From: Thermoanaerobaculia bacterium
GTDB lineage: Bacteria; Acidobacteriota; Thermoanaerobaculia; Multivoradales; Multivoraceae
Length of the DNA stretch: 64,000 nt
Reading direction: 5' to 3'
Assembly (NCBI GenBank): GCA_963666565.1
Contig: OY762911.1
Coordinates: 2,688,001-2,752,000 of the forward strand
Part shown: one piece after another, positions 28,473 through 38,273 of the stretch
How positions within the stretch are numbered: the first letter of the stretch is position 1
Layout of the letters: the number at the start of each line of letters is the position of its first letter
The notes under the pieces: generated by a model
What the model was told of the DNA's origin: nothing
What the model saw: the letters and a program-made list of their open reading frames with translations, nothing else
The model's database searches: none
Translations under genes and position numbers: made by a program

Positions 28473-30815
28473 TTACTGCGTCGCCTCCGCCGCCTGGATC
28501 GCCTGCCAGACGCGCTCCGGCTTGGCCGGCATGTCGATGTTCGTGACGCCGAGCGGCCGCAGGGCGTCGACGATCGCGTTGACGATGCAGGGCGTGGCCC
28601 CGATCGTGCCCAGTTCGCCGATGCCCTTGGCGCCGAGCGGGTTGATGGGCGTCGGCGTCACCGTGTTGTCGAGCGCCATGCGCGGGAACTGCTTCGCCCG
28701 CGGCACCGCGTAGTCCATCAGGGTGCCGGACAGAAGCTGGCCGCCCTCGTCGTACTGGACTTCCTCCCACATCGCCTGGCCGATGCCCTGGACGACGCCG
28801 CCGAGGCGCTGGCCGTCGGCGAGCATGGGGTTCATCACCTCGCCGAAGTCGTCGACCGCGACGTAGCGCTGGATCTCGATCTGGCCGCTCTCGGGATCGA
28901 TCTCGACCTGACAGAGATGCGCGCCGAACGGGAACGTCGTCGCCGACGGCTCGAAGCGGGCGACCGCCTCCAGGCCCGGTTCCTCGCCGGGCACGGCTAC
29001 GCTCCAGAGGTGCGCCTTCTCGGCCACCTCGCGGAAAGTCAGTTTGCGGTCCGTGCCGCTGACGGTGAACTCGCCGTCCTCGTAGTCGATCCGGTCGACG
29101 GGCGCGTCGAGATGGTGAGCGGCGATCCTGGCGGCCTTGGCGTGGACCTTGACCAGCGCCATGTCGAGCGCGGCGCCGCCCACCGCGATGCCGCGGCTGC
29201 CGAAGGTACCGACGCCGTGCTGCACGTGATCCGTGTCGCCGTGGACCACGACCACGTCGTCGAGGCCGACGCCGAAGGCGTCCGACGCCATCTGGGCGAA
29301 GACGGTTTCCTGACCCTGGCCGTGCGGCGACACGCCGGTGTAGACGGTGACGTTGCCGGTCGGCTCGACCCGCACGGTCGCGCTCTCCCAGGTGCCCATG
29401 CGCTGCTGCGGCGTGGCGCCGGTGGAGGGGCCGAGACCGCACACCTCGGTGAAGGTGGCGAGCCCGATGCCGACGAGTCGCCCTTCTTCCCGCGCGCCGC
29501 GCTGCTCCGCGCGGGCTTCGTCGTAGCCGGCGAGCTCCATCAGGCGATCGAGCGACTTCTCGTAGTCGCCGGTGTCGTAGGTTGCGCCCGAGGGCGTGGT
29601 GTGCGGGAAGGCGTCCTTGCCGATGAAGTTCCGGCGCCGCACGGCGACCGGGTCGACGCCGATGGCGGCCGCCACCTCGTCCATCACGCGCTCGATGATG
29701 TACGCGGCCTCCGGGCGTCCGGCGCCGCGGTACGCCTCGGTCGCCATCGTGTTCGTGAACACCGAGGACGTTTCCCACGCGACGGCCTTGATGTCGTAAC
29801 AGCCGCAGGACATCGTGTGGGTGGAGAGGGCGATGAAGGGGCCGAAGAAGGAGCGGAAGGCGCCGATGTCGGCGATCGTCTGTCCCTTGAGCGCCAGCAC
29901 GCGGCCGTCGTTCTGGAACGCGACGTCGATCTTCTCGACGTGGCCGCGGCCGTGGGTCATGCCGAGCAGGTTCTCGGTGCGGGTCTCCGACCACTTCACC
30001 GGCCTCTTCAGGTCGCGCGAAACCCAGCACAGCAGCGCGTCCTCCGCGTAGGTCGGGATCTTGGCGCCGAAGCCCCCGCCGACTTCGGGGGCGATGGCGC
30101 GGATGCGGATCTCCGGGATCCCCAGGCACATCGCGATCTGCTGCTTGACGGAGTGGGGCGCCTGGTTGGAGGTCCAGAGCGTCAGCTTGCCGGGGCCCTC
30201 TTCCCAGTGGGCGCAGATGGCGCGCCCTTCCATCGGGAAGGGCGCGACACGCTGGTTCAGCAGCCGGATCGAGAGGGTCCGGTCGGCCTGCTCGAAGAGC
30301 TTGTCGGCCTCCGGATTGGGAGCGGGAACCTGGAGGCAGACGTTGCTCTCGAGTTCCTCGTAGACCTTCGGCGCGTCCGGCGCGAGCGCGGCCTCGACGT
30401 CCACCACGGCCTCCCGCGGTTCGATGTCGACCTCGACCATGGCGGCCGCGTCGCGCGCGGCGTAAGGGGTGTCGGCGACGACGACCGCGACCGGATGGCC
30501 GACGTAGAGGACGCGGCCGTTCGCCAGCAGCGGGTGGTCGGGCATCCCGGGTATCTCGACGCCGATGGGGGTCGCTCCGACCTGTCCGTCCATGTCGGCA
30601 TAGGTGTAGACGCCCACGACTCCCGGGTGGGCGGCCGCGGCCGCGGTGTCGATGGAACGGATGACGCCGGCGGCGAAGTCGCTGCGTACGAACGCGGCAT
30701 GGGTCGTGCGCGGCAGCTTGACGTCGTCGGTGTAGGTGGCGAGGCCCCGGATGAGGCGCGGATCTTCGCGCCGCTTGATGGGCCGGCCGACGGAGTTGGG
30801 TCTGAACGTCGTCAT
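28473..30815 (-). CDS. Xanthine-oxidase-family molybdopterin large subunit, form II CoxL-like
   Basis: [18 protein letters not shown], active-site loop [35 protein letters not shown]; ATGA overlap with the small subunit. Confidence 0.93.
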   Translation of the reverse strand: MTTFRPNSVGRPIKRREDPRLIRGLATYTDDVKLPRTTHAAFVRSDFAAGVIRSIDTAAAAAHPGVVGVYTYADMDGQVGATPIGVEIPGMPDHPLLANGRVLYVGHPVAVVVADTPYAARDAAAMVEVDIEPREAVVDVEAALAPDAPKVYEELESNVCLQVPAPNPEADKLFEQADRTLSIRLLNQRVAPFPMEGRAICAHWEEGPGKLTLWTSNQAPHSVKQQIAMCLGIPEIRIRAIAPEVGGGFGAKIPTYAEDALLCWVSRDLKRPVKWSETRTENLLGMTHGRGHVEKIDVAFQNDGRVLALKGQTIADIGAFRSFFGPFIALSTHTMSCGCYDIKAVAWETSSVFTNTMATEAYRGAGRPEAAYIIERVMDEVAAAIGVDPVAVRRRNFIGKDAFPHTTPSGATYDTGDYEKSLDRLMELAGYDEARAEQRGAREEGRLVGIGLATFTEVCGLGPSTGATPQQRMGTWESATVRVEPTGNVTVYTGVSPHGQGQETVFAQMASDAFGVGLDDVVVVHGDTDHVQHGVGTFGSRGIAVGGAALDMALVKVHAKAARIAAHHLDAPVDRIDYEDGEFTVSGTDRKLTFREVAEKAHLWSVAVPGEEPGLEAVARFEPSATTFPFGAHLCQVEIDPESGQIEIQRYVAVDDFGEVMNPMLADGQRLGGVVQGIGQAMWEEVQYDEGGQLLSGTLMDYAVPRAKQFPRMALDNTVTPTPINPLGAKGIGELGTIGATPCIVNAIVDALRPLGVTNIDMPAKPERVWQAIQAAEATQ

Positions 30816-31297
30816 GAGGCGTCTCCCGCGAGGTCGGCCGCGTGCTGGACCGCGTCGACGATCTGCTGGTAGCCGGTGCAGCGGCAGATGTTGCCGTCGA
30901 TCGCCTCCCGGATCTCGTCTTCCGACGGGCTCGGGTTGTCGTCGAGCAACTGCTTCGCTGCCATGATCATGCCGGGAGTGCAGTAGCCGCACTGGAGACC
31001 GTGCTTTTCCCAGAAGCCGACCTGCAGCGGATGCAGGTTGTCGGCGTCCGGGGCGAGGCCTTCGATCGTCGTCACCTCCTGGCCGTCGGCCTGAACGGCG
31101 AGGACCGTGCAGCTCTTGACCGCGCGTCCGTTCAGGTGAACGGTGCAGGCGCCGCAGAGGGTGCTCTCGCAGCCGACGTGGACCCCCGTGAGGTCGAGTT
31201 CCTCGCGCAGGAAGTGGACCAGCAGCGTGCGCGGCTCGACGTTGCGCTCGCGTTCGCTGCCGTTGACGGTGATGGAGACGGGGACGGATCCTGGCAT
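30812..31297 (-). CDS. 2x[2Fe-2S] small subunit (CoxS-like)
   Basis: [31 protein letters not shown]; SD aggag. Confidence 0.95.
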   Translation of the reverse strand: MPGSVPVSITVNGSERERNVEPRTLLVHFLREELDLTGVHVGCESTLCGACTVHLNGRAVKSCTVLAVQADGQEVTTIEGLAPDADNLHPLQVGFWEKHGLQCGYCTPGMIMAAKQLLDDNPSPSEDEIREAIDGNICRCTGYQQIVDAVQHAADLAGDAS

Positions 31298-31407
31298 CGA
31301 TGCTCCTGTCGAATCGGGTGTCGTGGCGGCGGCATGGTATCGCAGCGGCGACGCGCTATGATGCCGTCACTCGGATACAGCAGACCCCTTCGAGCAGGGA
31401 GGCCGAC

Positions 31408-32445
31408 ATGAAGAAGTCGCTCATCGCCATCGCCGTGCTGACTGGACTCGCGGTCGCCGCGTCCGCGGCCGTTGCCGCCGAGGACGGCGTCAGGAGAACC
31501 GCCGACGGCAAGCCGGACTTCACCGGCGTCTACGACATCTCCAGCATCACGCCGTTCGCCAGGCCCAAGGAGTTCGGCGACAAGCTGACCCTCACGCCCG
31601 AGGAGGCGGAGGCGAACGCGAAGCGGCGAGCCGACTCGAACGCGGCCCAGGACGCTCCCAGCGCTTCGGCTGGCGAGCGCGCGGCGCCCGAGAAGGGCGG
31701 CAACGTCGGCGCCTACAACAACTTCTGGTTCGAGTGGGGCAGCCAGAACTTCATGATCGACGGCAAGTACCGGACCTCGGTGCTGACCGATCCGCCGAAC
31801 GGTCAGATGCCGGCGATGACGGAAGAGGGCAAGGCGCGGTCGGCCGTGGCGCCCAAGTTCGCGTGGCCGAATCGCGGCTACGCCTGGTGGCTCGAGTCCG
31901 GCGACATCCCCTACGACGGACCGGAGACGAACATCGTCGGCGTGCGCTGCATGTACCAGCCGACGGCCTCGGTCGCCATCCGTTCGCTGCCGTACAACAA
32001 CGTGAAGACGATCGTCCAGACCGAAGACCACTTCATGATCATGATCGAGTGGATGCACTGGGCCCGGGTCGTCCGCATCGGCGGCGAGCACATGCCGGCC
32101 GAGTACACCTCGCTGAGCGGCGACTCGATCGGCTGGTGGGAAGGCGACACCCTGGTCGTCGAGACGACGAACTTCCGCGACATGCCCGATCTCCGCGGCG
32201 AAGGCGTCCGCGTCATCGAGAAGTTCAGCCCCATCGACGGCGAGGGCCTGCTTTACAGCTTCACGGTGGAGAACCCGGAGTACGAAGCGCCGTACAGCGG
32301 CGAACTGCCGTGGCCGAAGACGGACCAGAAGAGCTACGAGTACGCCTGCCACGAGGGCAACTACGCGATGGGCAACACGCTGCGCGGCGCCCGGCTGCTG
32401 GAGGCGGAGTTCGAGAAGGGGCAGGCGAGCTCCGGCCAGGAGTAG
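31408..32445 (+). CDS. Uncharacterised secreted protein (PDxxGxY ... EYACHEGN type)
   Basis: SD ggagg; signal peptide MKKSLIAIAVLTGLAVAASAAVA; DGKPDFTGVY, TDPPNGQMP, GDSIGWWEGDTLVVETTNF, YEYACHEGNY. Confidence 0.85.
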   Translation: MKKSLIAIAVLTGLAVAASAAVAAEDGVRRTADGKPDFTGVYDISSITPFARPKEFGDKLTLTPEEAEANAKRRADSNAAQDAPSASAGERAAPEKGGNVGAYNNFWFEWGSQNFMIDGKYRTSVLTDPPNGQMPAMTEEGKARSAVAPKFAWPNRGYAWWLESGDIPYDGPETNIVGVRCMYQPTASVAIRSLPYNNVKTIVQTEDHFMIMIEWMHWARVVRIGGEHMPAEYTSLSGDSIGWWEGDTLVVETTNFRDMPDLRGEGVRVIEKFSPIDGEGLLYSFTVENPEYEAPYSGELPWPKTDQKSYEYACHEGNYAMGNTLRGARLLEAEFEKGQASSGQE

Positions 32446-32451
32446 GCGGCG

Positions 32452-33453
32452 CTACACCGCCTGGATCTGCCGGCTCACGCGGCCGACGATCCGCGGCAGG
32501 GCCTCGTGCGCTTCCGGCGGCACGCGGAATGTCGTCATCCAGGACAGGGCGGCGAGGTCCGCCAGGTCGACGGCGTCCCGACCGGCCAGCAGCGCGGCGC
32601 CGCGCAGGATCTTGATCGCCTTGACGAGGAAGGTGCGGTCGGTGAGCAGGGAGTTCGTCTCGTTGCACTCGAACTCGAGCACCAGCGTGCGCAGCACGTC
32701 GAGCAGGGCGGCGCGCACGGCCGGGCCGACCTCGACGTCGTACATGCGCCGGTTCAGCGCGTCGAGCGTGGCGCGGTCGGTCACGGGTTCCGGATCGGGC
32801 TGTTCGACGACGGAACCAGCGGCGAAGCGGTCGATCAGGGTCTTCGCGTCGTCGACGCCGCTCTGGATCAGGCCGGAGACGCGCAACTGGAGGGCGAACC
32901 GGTCGAGGTTCGCGGGGTCGAGGGGTTCGTTGTAGTACTCGTCGTCCATCGGGTTGCCGGTGGCGATGGCGGCCATCAGCGGGATCGGCTCGGCGCCGAA
33001 GCGGCGCTCGTTCAGGATGCGGAGCAGGACGTTCAGCGCTTCGCCGGGGGCGCGGGAGATGTCGTCCAGCACCGCAACCTCGGCGGTGAGCAGGCCGCCG
33101 GGCTCGATCCGCTGGTGGATCCGCTCCGCTTCGCCGGCAGTTCCGGGAGCGTCGCCGTCCGTCCGGACCTTGCGCCGCTCCAGGACGATGTCGCCGACGA
33201 GTTCGGCGAGCCGGGTGTCGCGGTGCAACTGGTAGAAGAAGAAGTCGAGGTCGGAGCCCCTGGCGGCGACTTCGGCGAGCCGGGTCTTGGCGGTACCGGG
33301 CGGGCCCTCGACGTAGATGTGCTCCCGCGTGATCAGGGCGAGGAGCAGGGCCGTCTTCACCTCGTCGTGGCCGACGACGTGGTGGTCGAGCAGATCGCGA
33401 AGGGGGGTCAGGTCGCTCACGGAACGCGGGACTCTATCCGCAAGCGAGGACAT
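32452..33453 (-). CDS. MoxR/RavA-type AAA+ ATPase
   Basis: Walker A GPPGTAKT, Walker B-like VAVLDD, LNVLLRILNERRF, ATGN sensor, LDRFAL arginine-finger region. Confidence 0.9.
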   Translation of the reverse strand: MSSLADRVPRSVSDLTPLRDLLDHHVVGHDEVKTALLLALITREHIYVEGPPGTAKTRLAEVAARGSDLDFFFYQLHRDTRLAELVGDIVLERRKVRTDGDAPGTAGEAERIHQRIEPGGLLTAEVAVLDDISRAPGEALNVLLRILNERRFGAEPIPLMAAIATGNPMDDEYYNEPLDPANLDRFALQLRVSGLIQSGVDDAKTLIDRFAAGSVVEQPDPEPVTDRATLDALNRRMYDVEVGPAVRAALLDVLRTLVLEFECNETNSLLTDRTFLVKAIKILRGAALLAGRDAVDLADLAALSWMTTFRVPPEAHEALPRIVGRVSRQIQAV

Positions 33454-33517
33454 CCGACCGCTCGAAGACGGGCGTCCGGGCTGCGGCGCGGTTGGCCCGG
33501 GGACGCGCCAGCCGGTG

Positions 33518-35548
33518 TCACCGCTCCTCCAGCCGCAGGCCGCCGCCGGCCAGGGGGCGTCCGCAGAAACGCAGCCCGCTGGTTTCCAGCGAGATGTCGT
33601 CCAGGACGGGCGGACAGTCGCCGTTGCCCAGGAACACGGTGTGGAGCGCGACCCCGAGCCGGCGCGCCAGTTGCCGCTCGCGGCGGACGGTCGTGTCGCC
33701 GATGATCGGCAGGCCGTCGGTCAGCAGCACGACGTGGCGGTTGCGGCCGGAGCCGCCCCGCAGGCCCTCCAGCGCCGTGCGGAGCGGCGCTTCGTAGTTC
33801 GTCTGGCCGACCGCCTTGGCCTGCCCCGCCTGCTCGGCGAGGCGTGAGTACGAGCGATGCAACAGCCGGCCGCCGACGTGGTGAGGCAGCGCGCGGTGGT
33901 GGAACTCCACGTAGCCGACGCGCATGCGCCGGCGCGCCGCGACCCGCAGGATGCCGAGCACGACCTGGCTCGACCAGACGGTGAGCCGGCCCGCCATCGA
34001 GGCGGAGATGTCCCGCAGCACGGCGACCGCGCCTCCGGCGCTCCTGCGCTTGCGCTCGAACGTGCGCGGCGCACCGGGCAGCCGGCCTTCGGCGAACAGC
34101 AGGGCCTCGATCGCGTCGGCGTCGATCAGTTCGTCCAGGTCGCGCAGCGGGCGGTAGCCACGGGGCTGGCCGCCGGGGTCCGTGTCCGGGTCGATCCGGC
34201 CGCGCTCGATGCGGCCGACCAGCGCCCGCAGGAGGGGATCGACCTGGGCCGGCGGAGGTGGCTTCCCGAACAGGGTCGGGGGCGCCGGCAGGTCGGCCTG
34301 ATCGTCGATCCAGGAGTCGGAGGCCGGGGAGGCAGCCGCCGCGCCGTCGGAGTCGTCGCCCTGGGACTGCGCGCCCGGCATCTGCGCGCCGGTCTCGGCC
34401 ATCGTCACGTTGGGCGGATCGCCGAGCAGTTCCTCCAGGATGTGGTCGAAGTCCTCCTGCACCTCGTCCGGCAGCCGGTGGGCGACCATGTAGCGGATGG
34501 CGCCGAGATCGCGCGGCGCCGCCGCCGGGGCGCCGCGCAGGAACGCGTGGGCGCGGACGAGCCGGAGGGCGGCGGAGCTGAAGGAGCGATCCGACATCAG
34601 GCGGTCGCCCGAAGCCGACTCGTCGGCGCTGCGCTGGCGGAGGCGGTCCAGCAGGCGGTGGTAGGCGCCGAGGGTGCGCGGTTCGATCTGGAGCGCGGCC
34701 GCGGCGGCCTGCGCGGCCTTGCGCGTGGCGGTGTTCATCACCGCCGGGAGCGGCGTCGCGGGGCTTCCGGGAGCCGCCGGCCCGCCGGTCCCCGGAAACG
34801 CGGACGTCTCGCCCGCGTCGGGCCCGGGCCCGGCCCGATCCGGCCGGTGCGCGGCCCGGTCCGGCCGGTGCGCGGCCCGGTCCGGCCGGTACGCGGCGCC
34901 GTCCGGCTGGTGCGTGGCCCGGTCCGGCCTGCGCGCGGACTCGCGTTCCAGCAGGACGGCGGCTTCGTCGAAGAGTTGGCCGGTGAGCAGGCCGGTCAGG
35001 CGAAGCTGGACGGCGAAACGGTCGAGTTGGCCGGGCTCGAGCGGGTCGATCGGCGCTTCGACCTGCTCCAGCGGCCCGGTGGCCACGGCGGACTCGAGCG
35101 GCAACGCCTGCCCCAGGGCCTGCCGTTCGGCGAGGATCCGCAGCAAGGGGCCGAGGGCCTCGCCAGGGGACCGCGGCAGGTCTTCGAGCAGCGCGACCTC
35201 GGCCTGGAGCAGCGGCCCGGGGATGAGCTCCCGGCGCAGCCGCTCGTGGCTGGGGTGGCGATGGCGGCTCAGCAGCACGTCGCCGAGCAGGTCCGTCTCG
35301 CGGATGTCCCGGTGGAAGACGAGCGTGTGGGTTCGGGCCCCGGACAGCGAAGCCAGCGCGGCGGCCAACTCGGACTTGCCGCAGCCGGGCGGCCCTTCGA
35401 GGTACGCGTGCTGCTCTGCCAGCAACGCCAGCGTCAACCCCGTCGCCGCCTGGTCCTGGCCCACCAGCACCCGTCCCAACGCCGTCCGCAGGTCGACGAA
35501 GGCGCCAGCGAGCTTGGCCGTGCGGCGATCCGGAGCGGGCAGAGTCAC
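33518..35548 (-). CDS. MoxR/RavA-type AAA+ domain fused via an acidic/Pro linker to a C-terminal VWA domain
   Basis: GPPGCGKS, ALLEDLPR, LDRFAV; VWA MIDAS DISASM..GQTNY..LLTDG. GTG 35548 chosen because TACCAT lies 8 nt upstream; the track start is 35626. Confidence 0.85.
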   Translation of the reverse strand: MTLPAPDRRTAKLAGAFVDLRTALGRVLVGQDQAATGLTLALLAEQHAYLEGPPGCGKSELAAALASLSGARTHTLVFHRDIRETDLLGDVLLSRHRHPSHERLRRELIPGPLLQAEVALLEDLPRSPGEALGPLLRILAERQALGQALPLESAVATGPLEQVEAPIDPLEPGQLDRFAVQLRLTGLLTGQLFDEAAVLLERESARRPDRATHQPDGAAYRPDRAAHRPDRAAHRPDRAGPGPDAGETSAFPGTGGPAAPGSPATPLPAVMNTATRKAAQAAAAALQIEPRTLGAYHRLLDRLRQRSADESASGDRLMSDRSFSSAALRLVRAHAFLRGAPAAAPRDLGAIRYMVAHRLPDEVQEDFDHILEELLGDPPNVTMAETGAQMPGAQSQGDDSDGAAAASPASDSWIDDQADLPAPPTLFGKPPPPAQVDPLLRALVGRIERGRIDPDTDPGGQPRGYRPLRDLDELIDADAIEALLFAEGRLPGAPRTFERKRRSAGGAVAVLRDISASMAGRLTVWSSQVVLGILRVAARRRMRVGYVEFHHRALPHHVGGRLLHRSYSRLAEQAGQAKAVGQTNYEAPLRTALEGLRGGSGRNRHVVLLTDGLPIIGDTTVRRERQLARRLGVALHTVFLGNGDCPPVLDDISLETSGLRFCGRPLAGGGLRLEER
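34832..34930. repeat. 21-bp tandem repeat (about 4.7 units) encoding (RPDRAAH)n inside the AAA-VWA gene
   Basis: Units of ggcccggtccggccggtgcgc start at 34832, 34853, 34874, 34895 and 34916. Confidence 0.9.
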
Positions 35549-35651
35549 GGCGCGGAATGGTACTCGGCGAGTGCGTACCCCGCCTGCCGCCCCGCCGGGA
35601 CCGCAGGATGAGCATCGCGACTTCATGGAAGAACCCCGCGCCCGCCGCGGT

Positions 35652-35660
35652 TGCTAGGAT
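35652..35660 (+). promoter_or_regulatory. Putative extended -10 promoter for the VWA-domain gene
   Basis: TG-C-TAGGAT about 75 nt upstream of ATG 35737, which has SD aggagg. Confidence 0.4.
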
Positions 35661-35736
35661 GGCGGAAGCGTCGCTTTCCCGTGCCGTTGCCGTTTTGCCG
35701 GCGAGTGGCATTCAGGAAACCAGGAGGTCCCCAGGG

Positions 35737-37335
35737 ATGAAGAGAGTTGCGACGGTTGGACGACGGTGGGCGCTTTCGGCCGCGGTGGCCGGTTGTGCCC
35801 TCCTCTTGCCGGCCGGATATGGGTTGGCCGTGGCTGCGGATGCCGCGGTTGGCGTGGAGGCCGCGGTCCAGGACGACGAGAAGAAGAAGCGCAAGGCGGA
35901 GAAGAAGGCGGCGGCAAGAGCGGCGAAGGAGCAGAAGCGCCTGGAGAAGCAGCGCCGGCAGCGGGGCAGGACCGTGCGGGCGGTTGTCGTGCCGTCGGCG
36001 CCTGCCGCGCCAGCGGAACCGCCGGCCGCGAAGACGGCCGAACCGGCTGTGGCTGCCGTGCCGGAGGCCGCGGCGGCGCCCGAGCCTGCCGCGGCGCCCG
36101 AGCCTGCGGCCGCGCCGGAACCTGCGGCCGCGGCGGCGCCCAAGGTCGCGCCGGCACCCGTGGCTGCGCCGAAGGCCGAGCCTGCGAAGGCGGCGGCAGC
36201 GGAATCGGCTCGGACAGCTTCGGCACCGGCGCCGGAGCGAGAGCAGCCGCGCGTCGAACGGCCTGCTCCGCGTCCGGCCAGGACGAGAGATCCCTCGCCT
36301 GCGGCGTCTCCGGCCCGGGACATCGCCCTCAACGAGCGGATCCGTGTCGCCGAAGTGCTGCTGGACGTGCTGGTCACGGATCGCCAGGGCAACGTGATCG
36401 ACGACCTCGCCGCCCAGGACTTCGTCGTTCTCCACGACGGCGAGGAGCAGGAAGTGACGAGCGCCTCCTTCTACGGCGGTCCGAGCGAACTGGCGGCGCC
36501 GGGAGATGCCGGCACGACGCGCACCGACCGCTACTTCATCCTGATGTTCCATGACCAGCGGATGCAGGCGCCGCAGCTCGCGGGGCCGCAGATGGACAAC
36601 GCGCGCTGGCTCAGGCGGTGGATCGAGGACGAGTTGCAGCCGAACGACCAGGTGGCCGTCTTCGCCTACCAGGCGCGGCTCAAGGTCTACCTCGACTTCA
36701 CCCGCGACCGCGACGCGATCCTCGCGGCGGTGGATGCCGCTTCCCGCGGCAAGAAGGACATCGAGCGGTGGGTGACGCGGTCGTCGCCCGAGTTCGACCC
36801 GAACTCGCCGTCTCTCTTCGTCAACCTCCCGGTCGGCAAGGAACTCGCGCGCCGCAGCCGCAAGCTGCAGCAGGGCTTGGAACTGCTCGGCGAGGCGGCG
36901 GCGGGGATCGCGGGCCGCAAGAACCTCGTCATGTTCAGCCTCGGTTTCGGCGAGGTCGGCCGGTTCGGCGCCTACACGCCGGACCCGCGTTACTATCCGC
37001 AGATGCGGGAGGCGCTGAACGCCGGGAACGTCGCGGTCTACACGATCGACACGATGGGCAGCCGCCGCCGGTCGATCGCCTCGGCTTCCCTGAACGATTC
37101 GCTCAGCCTGCTCTCGAACGAGACGGGTGGCCACTACTACGCGAACTTCACGAACATCATGTCGCCGATGCGGCAGGTCGCCGAGGAGAACCAGGGCTAC
37201 TACCTCGTGAGCTTCCGCTCCGAGTACGAAGCCGGCACCCAGGGCTACCGCGACATCAAGGTCAAGGTCCGCGAAGGCAAGTACAAGGTCCGGTCGCGCA
37301 CCGGCTTCCGCTACGGCGAAGCCTCCGGGCCGTAG
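35737..37335 (+). CDS. Secreted VWA-related protein of the acidobacterial type with a long Ala/Pro/Lys-rich N-terminal stalk
   Basis: Signal peptide; [63 protein letters not shown]. Confidence 0.85.
   Translation: MKRVATVGRRWALSAAVAGCALLLPAGYGLAVAADAAVGVEAAVQDDEKKKRKAEKKAAARAAKEQKRLEKQRRQRGRTVRAVVVPSAPAAPAEPPAAKTAEPAVAAVPEAAAAPEPAAAPEPAAAPEPAAAAAPKVAPAPVAAPKAEPAKAAAAESARTASAPAPEREQPRVERPAPRPARTRDPSPAASPARDIALNERIRVAEVLLDVLVTDRQGNVIDDLAAQDFVVLHDGEEQEVTSASFYGGPSELAAPGDAGTTRTDRYFILMFHDQRMQAPQLAGPQMDNARWLRRWIEDELQPNDQVAVFAYQARLKVYLDFTRDRDAILAAVDAASRGKKDIERWVTRSSPEFDPNSPSLFVNLPVGKELARRSRKLQQGLELLGEAAAGIAGRKNLVMFSLGFGEVGRFGAYTPDPRYYPQMREALNAGNVAVYTIDTMGSRRRSIASASLNDSLSLLSNETGGHYYANFTNIMSPMRQVAEENQGYYLVSFRSEYEAGTQGYRDIKVKVREGKYKVRSRTGFRYGEASGP
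36061..36132 (+). repeat. 18-bp tandem repeat encoding about 4 PEPAAA units
   Basis: ccggaggccgcggcggcg cccgagcctgccgcggcg cccgagcctgcggccgcg ccggaacctgcggccgcg. Confidence 0.85.
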
Positions 37336-37394
37336 CTGCGGCTGCGCGGGGTTGCAGCCACACCTTTGGACGGAACGAGAGAGGAAGGGCCAGG

Positions 37395-38273
37395 ATGATC
37401 TCCGCCGACCACCGCTACGAGAAGAAACGGATCCAGGTTCACGGCCACGAGATGGCCTACGTCGACTACGGCGAAGGCGATCCGATCGTGTTTCTGCACG
37501 GCAATCCGACGTCGTCCTACCTGTGGCGCAACGTGATGCCGCATCTGGAGGGGAAGGGAAGGCTGGTGGCGCCTGACCTCATCGGGATGGGCGACTCGGC
37601 GAAGCTGCCGGACAGCGGGCCGGACCGGTATCGGTTCGTCGAGCACCGGCGCTACCTCGACGGGCTGCTGGAGGTGATCGGCGTTGCGGAGAACGTCGTG
37701 TTCGTGATCCACGACTGGGGTTCGGCGCTCGGTTTCGACTGGGCCAACCGGCACCGGGACGCGGTGCGGGGGATCGCCTACATGGAGGCGCTCGTCAGCC
37801 CGGTCCCGAGCTGGGACGCCTGGCCCGAGGCGGCGCGGGGCGTCTTCCAGGGGTTCCGATCGCCCGCCGGCGAGGGCATGGTGCTGGCGAAGAACGTCTT
37901 CGTCGAGCGGGTGCTGCCTGGGTCCGTGCTGCGGGGGCTGACGGACGAGGAGATGGCGGTCTACCGGCGCCCCTTCGCGGAGGAGGGCGAGTCGCGCCGG
38001 CCGACGCTGACGTGGCCGCGCCAGATCCCGATCGCCGGGGAGCCGGAGGACGTCGCTGCGATCGTGCAGTCCTACGCCGACTGGCTGACCGGGTCGGACG
38101 TGCCCAAGCTGTTCGTCAACGCGAAGCCCGGCGCCATTCTCACCGGCGCCATGCGGGAGGTCTGCCGCGCCTGGCCCAACCAGACGGAAGTGACGGTCAA
38201 GGGCTCCCACTTCATCCAGGAGGATTCCCCCGACGAGATCGGTTCCGCGATCTCGGAATGGTTGCCGTCCTAG
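37395..38273 (+). CDS. dhaA: Haloalkane dehalogenase (HLD-II, DhaA/LinB-like)
   Basis: [24 protein letters not shown], nucleophile elbow [16 protein letters not shown] catalytic acid, [22 protein letters not shown]. Confidence 0.93.
   Translation: MISADHRYEKKRIQVHGHEMAYVDYGEGDPIVFLHGNPTSSYLWRNVMPHLEGKGRLVAPDLIGMGDSAKLPDSGPDRYRFVEHRRYLDGLLEVIGVAENVVFVIHDWGSALGFDWANRHRDAVRGIAYMEALVSPVPSWDAWPEAARGVFQGFRSPAGEGMVLAKNVFVERVLPGSVLRGLTDEEMAVYRRPFAEEGESRRPTLTWPRQIPIAGEPEDVAAIVQSYADWLTGSDVPKLFVNAKPGAILTGAMREVCRAWPNQTEVTVKGSHFIQEDSPDEIGSAISEWLPS

Noticed and set aside
28473-30815. Bona fide aerobic CO dehydrogenase (form I)
   Set aside because: The active-site loop is AYRGAGR, not AYxCSFR, and no coxM is adjacent.
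32452-35548. Magnesium or cobalt chelatase I/D subunits
   Set aside because: Motifs look RavA/MoxR-like, and no H/CobN subunit or tetrapyrrole genes are present; only the layout is similar.
34832-36132. Tandem repeats as a CRISPR array
   Set aside because: Head-to-tail coding repeats without unique spacers; no cas genes in the window.
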